The position numbers and the translations under genes were made by a program. Below are positions 24,546 through 39,500 of a stretch of DNA of 64,000 nucleotides, one piece after another (within the stretch, counting starts at the first letter, position 1; every line of letters starts with the position of its first letter). Origin of the DNA: Haplodiscus bocki (Eukaryota); the NCBI GenBank assembly GCA_965655095.1, contig OZ296648.1:23064001-23128000 (forward strand). Direction: 5' to 3'. Below the pieces are notes generated by a model. It made no database searches. It had not been told where the DNA came from and was given only the letters and a program-made list of their open reading frames with translations.

Positions 24546-27500
24546 TGGTCTTAAAACGCCAAGCGCTTGCTTGACAAGTTTGCTCTTGGTCGTGTAAAGG
24601 AAGCAAAACTTGTTCCGTGGAAGACATGAAAGTGGAGTCTGATCAAAGTTTTAGGGCACAAATCCCACTCGAAGTCCAAGTGCTTAGCTCTTGACTGAGA
24701 AGGATGTTGGGTGGACATTTCATGTTTTTTCCACGGGATTTGAATGACAACCTGGAGTCAAACTTTATGCCTGGAATCCTGTAGCTATCTGAACTTAAAA
24801 AATAATAAACAGCCAATTTTTTTGCGATATCACATTTATGTCTAGAGAGCCGATTGGAACAAGTACAGTTTTCTTTATGCCCATAATGCGCCGCCGCTTG
24901 GTGCAGAAAAGAGAAATTTCATGAGGGCTGTTCTTGTTCGTCCGTCTAATTCGACATTGGTGTTTGTACTGATCAAGAGTCTGCCATCATTCGAACATTC
25001 GAACTTCTCCACTTCTATTCTGCAAAACATTTCCGAAACAAAAACAGCAGACAATACAGGTGAAAGAACTGCACCCTGTAGCGTTCCGATGTTGGTTTTG
25101 AACGTTTCACTTTTCGTGGTCGCCAATTCCAAAGTATGAACTACGGTTGTTGAGGAACTCCCGAAGGAAGTCAAAGAGGTGGCCAGAAATTCCGATGTTG
25201 TTACGCTTCCACAGTAGTCCATTCACCCAGACAGCGTCGAGGGCATTTTAAAGGTCCATTGATATAAAAGCGCCAAATAGATTTCTCGTTGTCAAGATTT
25301 TGCAATCAGTCATCATTCGGTACAAAACTTGTAGGGTGCTCTTGTGTTCTTCGGATCCAGATCCAAACGATTTTTTTGTTCTGCAAAGTCTCTGACCAAT
25401 CAATCTAGCGCAATTTTGAAAATTTTTCCAACATCGCTGGATGCTGTGATGGAGCGGTATGACGAAAGTCTGGAGTATTTCGTTTTCCTTGGTTTCCAAA
25501 GAAGTACGACTTTGCGGCTTTCCCGTGGACAGGTTTTTGTTCAATCCTTTTTTGATCTGTTGAATCTTGAGTTCGGTGAATTTAGGTCCAGTCCTCTCCA
25601 GCATTTTTCCCTGAACATTGTTCGTGTCAAAGACTGTGGGCAGTTGTTTGGTTGCGTAGTTTTCTCCTTGCCAGCTCAGAGGTCGTTGCACCCGTGGGTT
25701 TCATCCCTTCTTGTACAGTTTTTCCACTTTTTGGCTTATGCAGTTTCGTGAGGGCACTAAGCTGCAATTGTAACCACAGTTTGCAAGGCTCTGATACCTA
25801 TAGAGCTTTAACCTGTGGATTGTTTTTGTAAAATCAGAGTGCAAGACAGGCGAAGCCATAGGTTTCAGTTCCGATTCTTGGATTGGCACTGGTGTTGAAA
25901 TACTCTGCTCAATTCTTCTTCGTCTTAAGGTCCGTTTGTGGTCAAAAAATGTACTACACCTGCACGGTTGTCGTTCTACTCATTGCAAATTGTGACTTTT
26001 TCGGGGTCTTTAAAATCCTGCATCCTTGCTTCACAGTCTTGCCTTGGTACTCCATTACACAGCTTTTCACGTTGTCGTTTGATAGCATTTTTGGGGAACC
26101 TTGCTTTCAGTCTCTCGCAGTGTGGGTCTAGCGGGGGCGGGGGGTCTCGGCTAAAACAACCCACTGCAGTTGCTACTCGATATTAAAACGCCTGGCGCTT
26201 GCTTGACAATTTCGCTCCTGGTAGTGTAAAGGAAGCAAAATTTTTTCCGTGCTCACAGTGGCGCTTCGTATAATTTTTTTGCCATGAAGTCATGAAAGTG
26301 GAGTCTGCTCAGTGTTTTAGGGCACAATACCCACTCGAATTCTAAGCGCTTAGTTCTTGCCTGAGAGTGATGTTAGGTGGACATTTCATGTTTTTTCCAA
26401 GGGATTTGAATGACAACCTGGAGTCAAACTTCATGCCTGGAATCTTGTAGCTATCGGAACTTAAAAAATGTTAAACAGCCAATTTTTTTGCGGAATTACG
26501 TTTATGTCTAGAGAGCTGGTTGGAACAATTACAGTTTTCTCTATGCTCAAATTGAGCCGCCGCTTGGTGCAGAAAGGAGAAATTTCTTGACGGCTGTTCT
26601 GGTTCGTCCGTCTAATTCGACATTGGTGTTTGCACTGATCAAGATTCTGCCATCATTCGAACATTCGAACTTCTCCACTTCTATTCTGCAAAACATTTCC
26701 GAAACAAAGTCAGCAGACAATACAGGTGAGAGAACTGCACCCTGTAGCGTTCCGATGTTGGTTTTGAACGTTTCACTTTTCGTGGTCGCCAATTCCAAAG
26801 TATGAACTACGGTTGTTGAGGAACTTCCGAAAGAAGCCAAAGAAGTGGCCAGAAATTCCAATGTTGTTACGCTTCCACAGTAGTCCATTCACCCAGACAG
26901 CGTCGACGGCTTTTTAAATTTCCATTGATATCAAAGCGCCAAGTAAATTTCTCGTTGTCAAGAATTTGCATTCAATCACCATTCGGTACAAAATTTGTAG
27001 GATGCTCTTGTGTTCTTCTGATCCAGATCCGAACGATTCTTTTGTTCTGCAAAGGCTCTGATCAATCAATCTAGCGCATTTTTGAATAATTTTCCAACAT
27101 CGCTGGATACTGTGATGGAGCGGTATGACGAAAGTCTGGAGTATTTGGTCTTCCCTGGTTTCCAAAGAAGTACGATTTTGCGGTTTTCCCGTGGACAGAT
27201 TTTTGTTCAACCCACTTTTGATCTGTTGAAGCATGAGTTCGCTGAAATTAGGTCCAGCCCTCCCCAGTATTTTTGCCTGAACAATGTTTGTGCCCAAGAC
27301 GGTGGGGAATTGTTTGATTGCCTAGTTTTCTTGCCAGCTCAAGGGTCGTTGCACCTGTGGGTTTCATCCCTGCTTGTACAGCTTCTTCCCCTTTTTGGCC
27401 TATGCATATTCATGAGGGCACTGAGCTGCAATTGTAAACGCAGTTTGCAAGGCTCTGACACCTACAGAGTAGTAGCCTGTGGATTGTTTATGTAAAATCA

Positions 27501-30500
27501 GAGTACAAGACAGGCGAAGCCATAGGTTTCAGTTTCGATTTTTGGATTGGTACTGGTGTTGAAATACTCTGCTCAATTTTCCTTCGTCTTCCGGTCCATT
27601 TGTTGTCAAAAAAGATAATACACCTGCACGGTTGTCGTTATCTTCACTGCAAATTGTGACTTCTTCGAAGTCTTCAAAATCTTGAATCCTTGCTTCACAG
27701 TCTTGCCTTGGGACTCCACTACACAGCTTTTCAATTTGTCGTTTGATAGCATTTTTTGGGGAACCTTGCTTTCTGTCTCTCGCAGTGTGGGTCTAGCGGG
27801 GCGGGGGGTCTCGGCTAAAACAACCCACTGCAGTTGCTACTCGATATTAAAACGCCTGGCGCTTGCTTGACAAGTTCGCTCCTGGTAGTGTAAAGGAAGC
27901 AAAATTTTTTCCGTGCTCACAGTGGCGCTTCGTATAAGTTTTTTGTCAGGAAGTCATGAAAGTGGAGTCTGCTCAGTGTTTTAGGGCACAATACCCACTC
28001 GAATTGTAAGCGCTTAGTTCTTGCATGAGATTGATATTAGGTGGACATTTCATATTTTTTCCAAGGGATTTGAATGACAACCTGGAGTCAAACTTCATGC
28101 CTGGAATCTTGTAGCTATCGGAACTTAAGAAACGTTAAACAGCCGATTTTTTTGCGGAATTACGTTTATGTCTAGAGAGCTGGTTGGAACAATCACAGTT
28201 TTCTCCATGCTCATATTGAGCCGCCGCTTGGTGCAGAAAGGAGAAATTTCATGAGGGCCGATCTTGTTCGTCCGTCTAATTCGACATTGGTGTTTGCACT
28301 GATCAAGAGTATGCCATCATCCGAACATTCGAACTTCTCCACTTCTATTCTGCAAAACATTTCCGAAACAAAATCAGCAGACAATACAGGTGAGAGAACT
28401 GCACCCTGCAGCGTTCCGATGTTGGTTTTGAACGTTTCACTTTTCGTGGTCGCCGCTTGCAAAGTATGAACTGCGGTTGTTGAGGAACTTCCGAAAGAAG
28501 CCAAAGAAGTGGCCAGAAATTCCGATGTTGTTACGCTTCCACAGTATTCCATTCAACCAGACAGCGTCGAAGGCTTTTTAAATGTTCATTGATATCAAAG
28601 CGCCAAGTAGATTTCTCGTTGTCAAGAAATTGCAGTCAATCATCATTTGGTACAAAACTTGTAGGGGGCTCTTGTGTTCTTCGGATCCAGATCCAAACGA
28701 TTCTTTTGTTCTGCAAAGGCTCTGATCAATCAATCTAGCGCATTTTTGAATAGTTTTCCAACATCGCCGGATACTGTGATGGAGTGGTATGATGAAAGTC
28801 TGGAGTATTTGGTCTTCCCTGGTTTCCAAGGAAGTACGTTTTTGCGGTTTTCCCGTGGACAGATTTTTGTTCAACCCACTTTTGATCTGTTGAAGCATGA
28901 GTTCGCTGAAATTAGGTCCAGCCCTCCCCAGTATTTTTGCCTGAACAATGTTTGTGCCCAAGACGGTGGGGAATTGTTTGATTGCCTAGTTTTCTCCTTG
29001 CCAGCTCAGGGGTCGTTGCACCTGTGGGTTTCATCCCTGCTTGTACAGCTTCTTCCCCTTTTTGGCCTATGCATATTCGTGAGGGCACTGAGCTGCAATT
29101 GTAAACGCAGTTTGCAAGGCTCTGACACCTATAGAGTAGAAGCCTGTGGGTTGTTTATGTAAAATCAGAGTGCAAGACAAGCGAAGCCATAGGTTTCAGT
29201 TTCGATTTTTGGATTGGTACTGGTGTTGAAATACTCTGCTCAATTTTCCTTCGTCTCCCGGTCCATTTGTGGTCAAAAAAGATAATACACCTGCACGGTT
29301 GTCGTTCTCTTCAATGCAAATTGTGACTTCTTCGAAGTCTTCAAAATCCTGAATCCTTGCTTCCAGTCTTGCCTTGGGCCTCCACTACACAGCTTTTCAC
29401 GTTGTCGTTTGATAGCATTTTTTGGGGAACCTTGCTTTCAGTCTCTCGCAGTGTGGGTCTAGCGGGGGCGGGGGGTCTCGGCTAAAACAACCCACTGCAG
29501 TTGCTACTCGATATTAAAACGCCTGGCGCTTGCTTGACAATTTCGCTCCTGGTAGTGTAAAGGAAGCAAAATTTTTTCCGTGCTCACAGTGGCGCTTCGT
29601 ATAAGTTTTTTGTCAGGAAGACATGAATGTGGAGTCTGCTCAGTGTTTTAGGGCATAATACCCACTCGAATTCTAAGCGCTTAGTTCTTGCCTGAGAGTG
29701 ATGTTAGGTGGACATTTCATGTTTTTTCCAAGGGATTTGAATGACAACCTGGTGTCAAACTTCATGCCTGGAATCTTGTAGCTATCGGAACTTAAGAAAC
29801 GTTAAACAGCCGATTTTTTTGCGGAATTACGTTTATGTCTAGAGAGCTGGTTGGAACAATTACAGTTTTCTCTATGCTCAAATTGAGCCGCCGCTTGGTG
29901 CAGAAAGGAGAAATTTCATGAGGGCTGTTCTTGTTCGTCCGTCTAATTCGACATTGGTGTTTGCACTGATCAAGAGTATGCCATCATCCGAACATTCGAA
30001 CTTCTCCACTTCTATTCTGCAAAACATTTCCGAAACAAAATCAGCAGACAATACAGTTGAGAGAACTGCACCCTGCAGCGTTCCGATGTTGGCTTTGAAC
30101 GTTTCACTTTTCGTGGTCGCCGCTTCCAAGGTATGAACTGCGGTTGTTGAGGAACTTCCGAAAGAAGCCAAAGAAGTGGCCAGAAATTCCGATGTTGTTA
30201 CGCTTCCACAGTAGTCCATTCACCCAGACAGCGTCGAAAGCTTTTTAAATGTTCATTGATATCAAAGCGCCAAGTAGACTTCTCGTTGTCAAGAATTTGC
30301 AGTCAATCGTCATTCGGTACAAAACTTGTAGGATGCTCTTGTGTTCTTCGGATCCAGATCCAAACGATTCTTTTGTTCTGCAAAGGCTCTGATCAATCAA
30401 TCTAACGCATTTTTGAATAATTTTCCAACATCGCTGGATACTGTGATGGAGCGGTATGACGAAGGCATTGAGTAATTCGTTTTCCCTGGTTTCCAAAGAA

Positions 30501-33500
30501 GTACGACATTGCAGTTTTCACATGGACAGATTTTTTTCTATCCAATTTTGAACTGTTGAAGCCTGAGTTCGCTGAAACTAGGTCCAGCCCTCTCCAGCAT
30601 TTTGGCCTGAACAATGTTTGTGTCAAAGACTGTGGGAAGTTGTTTGATTGCGTAGTTTTCTCCTTGCCAGCTCAGAGGTCGTTGCACCCGTGGGTTTCAT
30701 CCCTGCTTGTACAGCTTCTTCCACTTTTTGGTCTATGCATATTCGTGAGGGCACTGAGCTGCAATTGTAAACGCAGTTTGCAAGGCTCTGACACCTATAG
30801 AGCAGTGGCCTGTGGATTGTTTATGTAAAATCAGAGTGCAAGACAGGCGAAGCCATAGGTTTCAGTTTCGATTTTTGGATTGGTACCGGTGTTGAAATAC
30901 TCTGCTCAATTTTCCTTCGTCTTCGCGTCCATTTGTGGTCAAAAAAGGTAATACACCTGCACGGTTGTCGTTCTCTTCACTGCAAATTGTGACTTCTTCG
31001 AAGTCTTCAAAACCCTGAATCCGTGCTTCACAGTCTTGCCTTGGGACTCCACTACACAGCTTTTCACGTCGTTTGATAGCATTTTTTGGGGAACCTTGCT
31101 TTCAGTCTCTCGCAGTGTGGGTCTAGCGGGGGCGGGGGGTCTCGGCTAAAACAACCCACTGCAGTTGCTACTCAATATTAAAACGCCTGACGCTTGCTTG
31201 ACAAGTTCGCTCCTGGTAGTGTAAAGGAAGCAAAATTTTTTCCGTGCTCACAGTGGCGCTTCGTATAAGTTTTTTGTCAGGAAGTCATGAAAGTGGAGTC
31301 TCCTCAGTGTTTTAGGGCACAATACCCACTCGAATTCTAAGCGCTTAGTTCTTGCCTGAGAGTGTTGTTATGTTGACATTTCATGTTTTTCCAAGGGATT
31401 TGAATGACAACCTGGAGTCAAACTTCATGCCTGGAATCTTGTAGCTATCGGAACATAAAAAATGTTAAACAGCCAAAATTTTTGCGGAATTACGTTTATG
31501 TCTAGAGAGCTGGTTGGAACAATTACAGTTTTCTCTATGCTCAAATTGAGCCGCCGCTTGGTGCAGAAAGGAGAAATTTCTTGAGGGCTGTTCTGGTTCG
31601 TCCGTCTAATTCGACATTGGTGTTTGCACTGATCTGCCATCATTCGAACATTCGAACTTCTCCACTTCTATTCTGCAAAACATTTCCGAAACAAAATCAG
31701 CAGACAATACAGGTGAGAGAACTGCACCCTGCAGCGTTCCGATGTTGGTTTTGAACGTTTCACTTTTCGTGGTCGCCGCTTGCAAGGTATGAAATGCGGT
31801 TGTTGAGGAACTTCCGAAAGAAGCCAAAGAAGTGGCCGGAAGTTCCGATGTTGTTACGCTTCCACAGTAGTCCATTCACCCAGACATCGTCGAAGGGTTT
31901 TTAAATGTTCATTGATATCAAAGCGCCAAGTAGATTTCTCGTTGTCAAGAAATTGCAGTCAATGATCATTCGGTACAAAACTTGTAGGGTGCTCTTGTGT
32001 TCTTCGGATCCAGATCCAAACGATCCTTTTGTTCTGCAAAAGCTCTGAGCAATGCATCTAGCGCACTACTGAATAATTTTCCAACATCGGTGGATAATGT
32101 GATGGAGCGGTATGACGAAGGCATTGAGTAATTCGTTTTCCCTGGTTTCCAAAGGAGTACGACTTTGCAGTTTTCACATGGACAGATTTTTTGCTCTGTC
32201 CATTTTTGATTTGTTGAAGCCTGAGTTCGCTGAAACTAGGTCCAGCCCTCTCCAGCATTTTGGCCTGAACAATGTTTGTGTCAAAGACTGTGGGAAGTTG
32301 TTTGATTGCGTAGCTTTCTCCTTGCCAGCTCAGAGGTCGTTGCACCCGTGGGTTTCATCCCTGCTTGTACAGCTTCTTCCCCTTTCTGGTCTATGCATAT
32401 TCGTGAGGGCACTGAGCTGCAATTGTAAACGCAGTTTGCAAGGCTCTGACACCTATAGAGCAGTGGCCTGTGGATTGTTTATGTAAAATCAGAGTGCAAG
32501 ACAGGCGAAGCCATAGGTTTCAGTTTCGATTTTTGGATTGGTACCGGTGTTGAAATACTCTGCTCAATTTTCCTTCGTCTTCGCGTCCATTTGTGGTCAA
32601 AAAAGGTAATACACCTGCACGGTTGTCGTTCTCTTCACTGCAAATTGTGACTTCTTCGAAGTCTTCAAAACCCTGAATCCGTGCTTCACAGTCTTGCCTT
32701 GGGACTCCACTACACAGCTTTTCACGTCGTTTGATAGCATTTTTTGGGGAACCTTGCTTTCAGTCTCTCGCAGTGTGGGTCTAGCGGGGGCGGGGGGTCT
32801 CGGCTAAAACAACCCACTGCAGTTGCTACTCGATATTAAAACGCCTGGCGCTTGCTTGACAAGTTCGCTCCTGGTAGTGTAAAGGAAGCAAAATTTTTTC
32901 CGTGCTCACAGTGGCGCTTCGTATTAGTTTTTTGTCAGGAAGTCATGAAAGTGGAGTCTGCTCAGTGTTTTAGGGCACAATACCCACTCGAATTCTAAGC
33001 GCTTAGTTCCTGCCTGAGAGTGATGTTAGGTGGACATTTCATGTTTTTCCAAGGGATTTGAATGACAACCTGGAGTCAAACTTCATGCCTGGAATCTTGT
33101 AGCTATCGGAACTTAAGAAACGTTAAACAGCCGATTTTTTTGCGGAATTACGTTTATGTCTAGAGAGCTGGTTGGAACAATTACAGTTTTCTCTATGCTC
33201 AAATTGAGCCGCCCCTTGGTGCAGAAAGGAGAAATTTCATGAGGGCTGTTCTTGTTCGTCCGTCTAATTCGACATTGGTGTTTGCACTGATCAAGATTCT
33301 GCCATCATTAGAACATTCGAACTTCTCCACTTCTATTCTGCAAAACATTTCCGAAACAAAATCAGCAGACAATACATGTGAGAGAACTGCACCCTGCAGC
33401 GTTCCGATGTTGGTTTTGAACGTTTCACTTTTCGTGGTCGCCGCTTGCAAAGTATGAACTGCGGTTGTTGAGGAACTTCCGAAAGAAGCCAAAGAAGTGG

Positions 33501-36500
33501 CCAGAACTTCCGATGTTGTTACGCTTCCACAGTAGTCCATTCAACCAGACAGCGTCGAAGGCTTTTTACATGTTCATTGATATCAAAGCGCCAAGTAGAT
33601 TCCTCGTTGTCAAGAAATTGCAGTCAATCATCATTCGGTACAAAACTTGTAGGGTGCTCTTGTGTTCTTCGGATCCAGATCCAAACGATCCTTTTCTTCT
33701 GCAAAGGCTCTAAGCAATCAATCTAGCGCACTTTTGAATAATTTTCCAACATTCGTGGATAATGTGATGGAGCGGCATGACGAAGGCATCGAGTAATTCG
33801 TTTATCTGGTTTCCAAAGAAGTACGACTTTGCAGTTTTCACATGGACAGATTTTTTTCCATCCAATTTTGAACTGTTGAAGACTGAGTTCGCTGAAACTA
33901 GGTCCAGCCCTCTCCAGCATTTTGGCCTGAACAATGTTTGCGTCAAAGACTGTGGGAAGTTGTTTGATTGCGTAGTTTTCTCCTTGCCAGCTCAGAGGTC
34001 GTTGCACCGGTGGGTTCCATCCCTGCCTGTACAGTTTTTCCACTTTTTGGCTTATGCAGTTTCGTGAGGGCACTAAGTTGCAATTGTAACCACAGTTTGC
34101 AAGGCTCTGACACCTATAGAGCAGTGGCCTGTGGATTGTTTATGTAAAATCAGAGTGCAAGACAGGCGAAGCCATAGGTTTCAGTTTCGATTTTTGGATT
34201 GGTACCGGTGTTGAAATACTCTGCTCAATTTTCCTTCGTCTTCGCGTCCATTTGTGGTCAAAAAAGGTAATACACCTGCACGGTTGTCGTTCTCTTCACT
34301 GCAAATTGTGACTTCTTCAAAGTCTTCAAAATCCTGAATCCTTGCTTCACAGTCTTGCCTTGGGTCTCCACTACACAGCTTTTCACGTTTTCGTTTGATA
34401 GCATTTTTTGGGGAATCTTGCTTTCAGTCTCTCGCAGTGTGGGTCTAGCGGGGGCGGGGGGTCTCGGCTAAAACAACCCACTGCAGTTGCTACTCGATAT
34501 TAAAACGCCTGGCGCTTGCTTGACAAGTTCGCTCCTGGTAGTGTAAAGGAAGCAAAATTTTTTCCGTGCTCACAGTGGCGCTTCGTATTAGTTTTTTGTC
34601 AGGAAGTCATGAAAGTGGAGTCTGCTCAGTGTTTTAGGGCACAATACCCACTCGAATTCTAAGCGCTTAGTTCCTGCCTGAGAGTGATGTTAGGTGGACA
34701 TTTCATGTTTTTTCCAAGGGATATGAATGACAACCTGGAGTCAAACTTCATGCCTGGAATCTTGTAGCTATCGGAACTTAAAAAATGTTAAACAGCCAAT
34801 TTTTTTGCGGAATTACGTTTATGTCTAGAGAGCTGGTTGTAACAATTACAGTTTTCTCTATGCTCAAATTGAGCCGCCGCTTGGTGCAGAAAGGAGAAAT
34901 TTCATGAGGGCTGTTCTTGTTCGTCCGTCTAATTCGACATTGGTGTTTGCACTGATCAAGAGTATGCCATCATCCGAACATTCGAACTTCTCCACTTCTA
35001 TTCTGCAAAACATTTCCGAAAAAAAAATCAGCAGACAATACAGGTGAGAGAACTGCACCCTGCAGCGTTCCGATGTTGGTTTTGAACGTTTCACTTTTCG
35101 TGGTCGCCGCTTGCAAAGTATGAACTGCGGTTGTTGAGGAACTTCCGAAAGAAGCCAAAGAAGTGGCCAGAAATTCCGATGTTGTTACGCTTCCACAGTA
35201 GTCCATTCAACCAGACAGCGTCGAAGGCTTTTTACATGTTCATTGATATCAAAGCGCCAAGTAGATTCCTCGTTGTCAAGAAATTGCAGTCAATCATCAT
35301 TCGGTACAAAACTTGTAGGGTGCTGTTGTGTTCTTCGGATCCAGATCCAAACGATCCTTTTCTTCTGCAAAGGCTCTAAGCAATCAATCTAGCGCATTTT
35401 TGAATATTTTTCCAACATCGGTGGATAATGTGATGGAGCGGTATGACGAAGGCATTGAGTAATTCGTTTTCCCTGGTTTCCAAAGAAGTACGACTTTGCA
35501 GTTTTCACATGGACAGATTTTTTTTCTATCCAATTTTGAACTGCTGAAGCCTGAGTTCGCTGAAACTAGGTCCAGCCTTCTCCAGCATTTTGGCCTGAAC
35601 AATGTTTGTGTCAAAGACTGTGGGAAATTGTTTGATTGCTTAGTTTTCTCCTTGCCAGCTCAGAGGTCGTTGCACCCGTGGGTTTCATCCCTGCTTGTAC
35701 AGCTTCTTCCCCTTTTTGGCCTATGCATATTCGTGAGGGCACTGAGCTGCAATTGTAAACGCAGTTTGCAAGGCTCTGACACCTATAGAGTAGTGGCCTG
35801 TGGATTGTTTATGTAAAATCAGAGTGCAAGACAAGCGAAGCCATAGGTTTCAGTTTCGATTTTTGGATTGGTACTGGTGTTGAAATACTCTGCTCAATTT
35901 TCCTTCGTCTTCCGGTCCATTTGCGGTCGAAAAAGATAATACACATGCACGGTTGTCAATCTCTTCACTGCAAATTGTGACTTCTTCGAAGTCTTCAAAA
36001 TCCTGAATCCTTGCTTCACAGTCTTGCCTTGGGCCTCCACTACACAGCTTTTCACGTTGTCGTTTGATAGCATTTTTTGGGGAACCTTGCTTTCAGTCTG
36101 TCGCAGTGTGGGTCTAGCGGGGCGGGGGGTCTCGGCTAAAACAACCCACTGCAGTTGCTACTCGGTATTAAAACGCCTGGCGCTTGCTTGACAAGTTCGC
36201 TCCTGGTAGTGTAAAGGAAGCAAAATTTTTTCCGTGCTCACAGTGGCGCTTCGTATAAGTCTTTTGTCAGGAAGACATGAAAGTGGAGTCTGCTCACTGT
36301 TTTAGGGCACAAAACCCACTCGAATTCCAAGCGCTTAGTTCTTGCTTGAGAGTGATGTTAGGTGGACATTTCATGTTTTTTCCAAGGGAGTTGAATGACA
36401 ACCTGGACTCAAACTTCATGCCTGGAATCTTGTAGCTATCGGAACTTAAAAAATGTTAAACAGCCAATTTCTTTGCGGAATTACGTTTATGTCTAGAGAG

Positions 36501-39500
36501 CTGTTTGGAACAATTTTAGTTTTCTCTATGCTCAAAATGAGCCGCCGCTTGGTGAAGAAAGGAGAAGTTTTGTGAGGGCTTTTCTTGTTCGTCCGTCTAA
36601 TTCAACATTGGTGTTTGCACTGATCACGAGTATGCCATCATCCGAACATTCGAACTTCTCCACTTCTATTCTGCAAAACATTTCCGAAACAAAATCAGCA
36701 GACAATACAGGTGAGAGAACTGCACCCTGCAGCGTTCCGATGTTGGTTTTGAACGTTTCACTTTTCGTGGTCGCCGCTTGCAAAGTATGAAATGCGGTTG
36801 TTGACGAACTTCCGAAAAAAGCCAAAGAAGTGGCCAGAAATTCCGATGTTGTTACGCTTCCACAGTAGTCCATTCACCCAGACAGCGTCGAAGGCTTTTT
36901 AAATGTTCATTGATATCAAAGCGCCAAGAAGAGTTCTCGTTGTCAAGAAATTGCAGTCAATCATCATTCGGTACCAAACTTGTAGGGTGCTCTTGTGTTC
37001 TTCGGATCCAGATCCAAACGATCCTTTTGTTCTGCAAAGGCTCTGAGCAATCAATCTAGCGCACTTTTGAATAACTTTCCAACATCGGTGGATAATGTGG
37101 TGGAGCGGTATGACGAAGACATTGAGTAATTCGTTTTCCCTGGTTTCCAAAGAAGGACGACTTTGCAGTTTTCACATGGACAGATTTTTTTCTATCCAAT
37201 TTTGAACTGTTGAAGCCTGAGTTCGCTGAAACTAGGTCCAGCCCTCTCCAGCATTTTGGCCTGAACAATGTTTGTGTCAAAGACTGTGGGAAGTTGTTTG
37301 ATTGCGTAGTTTTCTCCTTGCCAGCTCAGAGGTCGTTGCACCCGTGGGTTTCATCCCTGCTTGTACAGCTTCTTCCCCTTTTTGGCCTATACATGTTCGT
37401 GAGGGCACTGAGCTGCAATTGTAAACGCAGTTTGCAAGGCTCTGACACCTATAGAGTAGTGGCCTGTGGATTGTTTATGTAAAATCAGAGTGCAAGACAG
37501 GCGAAGCCATAGGTTTCAGTTTCTATTTTTGGATTGGTACTGGTGTTGAAATACTCTGCTCAATTTTCCTTCGTCTTCCGGTACATTTGCGGTCGAAAAA
37601 GATAATACACATGCACGGTTGTCAATCTCTTCACTGCAAATTGTGACTTCTTCGAAGTCTTCAAAATCCTGAATCCTTGCTTCACAGTCTTGCCTTGGGC
37701 CTCCACTACACAGCTTTTCACGTTGTCGTTTGATAACATTTTTTGGGGACCCTTGCTTTCAGTCTCTCGCAGTGTGGGTCTAGCGGGGCGGGGGGTCTCG
37801 GCTAAAACAACCCACTGCAGTTGCTACTCGGTATTAAAACGCCTGGCGCTTGCTTGACAAGTTCGCTCCTGGTTGTGTAAAGGAAGCAAAATTTTTTCCG
37901 TGCTCACAGTGGCGCTTCGTATAAGTCTTTTGTCAGGAAGACATGAAAGTGGAGTCTGCTCAGTGTTTTAGGGCACAATACCCACTTGAATTCTAAGCGC
38001 TTAGTTCTTGCCTGAGAGTGATGTTAGGTGGACATTTCATGTTTTTTCCAAGGGATTTGAATGACAACCTGGACTCAAACTTCATGCCTGGAATCTTGTA
38101 GCTATCGGAACTTAAAAAATGTTAAACAGCCAATTTCTTTGCGGAATTACGTTTATGTCTAGAGAGCTGTTTGGAACAATTTTAGTTTTCTCTATGCTCA
38201 AAATGAGCCGCCGCTTGGTGAAGAAAGGAGAAATTTTGTGAGGGCTTTTCTTGTTCGTCCGTCTAATTCAACATTGGTGTTTGCACTGATCACGAGTATG
38301 CCATCATCCGAACATTCGAACTTCTCCACTTCTATTCTGCAAAACATTTCCGAAACAAAATCAGCAGACAATACAGGTGAGAGAACTGCACCCTGCAGCG
38401 TTCCGATGTTGGTTTTGAACGTTTCACTTTTCGTGGTCGCCGCTTGCAAAGTATGAATTGCGGTTGTTGACGAACTTCCGGAAAAAGCCAAAGAAGTGGC
38501 CAGAAATTCCGATGTTGTTACGCTTCCACAGTAGTCCATTCACCCAGACAGCGTCGAAGGCTTTTTAAATGTTCATTGATATCAAAGCGCCAAGAAGAGT
38601 TCTCGTTGTCAAGAAATTGCAGTCAATCATCATTCGGTACAAAACTTGTAGGGTGCTCTTGTGTTCTTCGGATCCAGATCCAAACGATCCTTTTGTTCTG
38701 CAAAGGCTCTGAGCAATCAATCTAGCGCACTTTTGAATAACTTTCCAACATCGGTGGATAATGTGGTGGAGCGGTATGACGAAGACATTGAGTAATTCGT
38801 TTTCCCTGGTTTCCAAAGAAGGACGACTTTGCAGTTTTCACATGGACAGATTTTTTTCTATCCAATTTTGAACTGTTGAAGCCTGAGTTCGCTGAAACTA
38901 GGTCCAGCCCTCTCCAGCATTTTGGCCTGAACAATGTTTGTGTCAAAGACTGTGGGAAGTTGTTTGATTGCGTAGTTTTCTCCTTGCCAGCTCAGAGGTC
39001 GTTGCACCCGTGGGTTTCATCCCTGCTTGTACAGCTTCTTCCCCTTTTTGGCCTATACATGTTCGTGAGGGCACTGAGCTGCAATTGTAAACGCAGTTTG
39101 CAAGGCTCTGACACCTATAGAGTAGTGGCCTGTGGATTGTTTATGTAAAATCAGAGTGCAAGACAGGCGAAGCCATAGGTTTCAGTTTCTATTTTTAGAT
39201 TGGTACCACTGTTGAAATACTCTGCTCAATTTTCCTTCGTCTTCCGGTCCATTTGTGGTCAAAAAAGATAATACACCTGCACGGTTGTCGTTCTCTTCAC
39301 TGCAAATTGTGACTTCTTCGAAGTCTTCAAAATCCTGAATCCTTGCTTCACAGTCTTGCCTTGGGCCTCCACTACACAGCTTTTCACGTTGTCGTTTGAT
39401 AACATTTTTTGGGGACCCTTGCTTTCAGTCTCTCGCAGTGTGGGTCTAGCGGGGCGGGGGGTCTCGGCTAAAACAACCCACTGCAGTTGCTACTCGGTAT

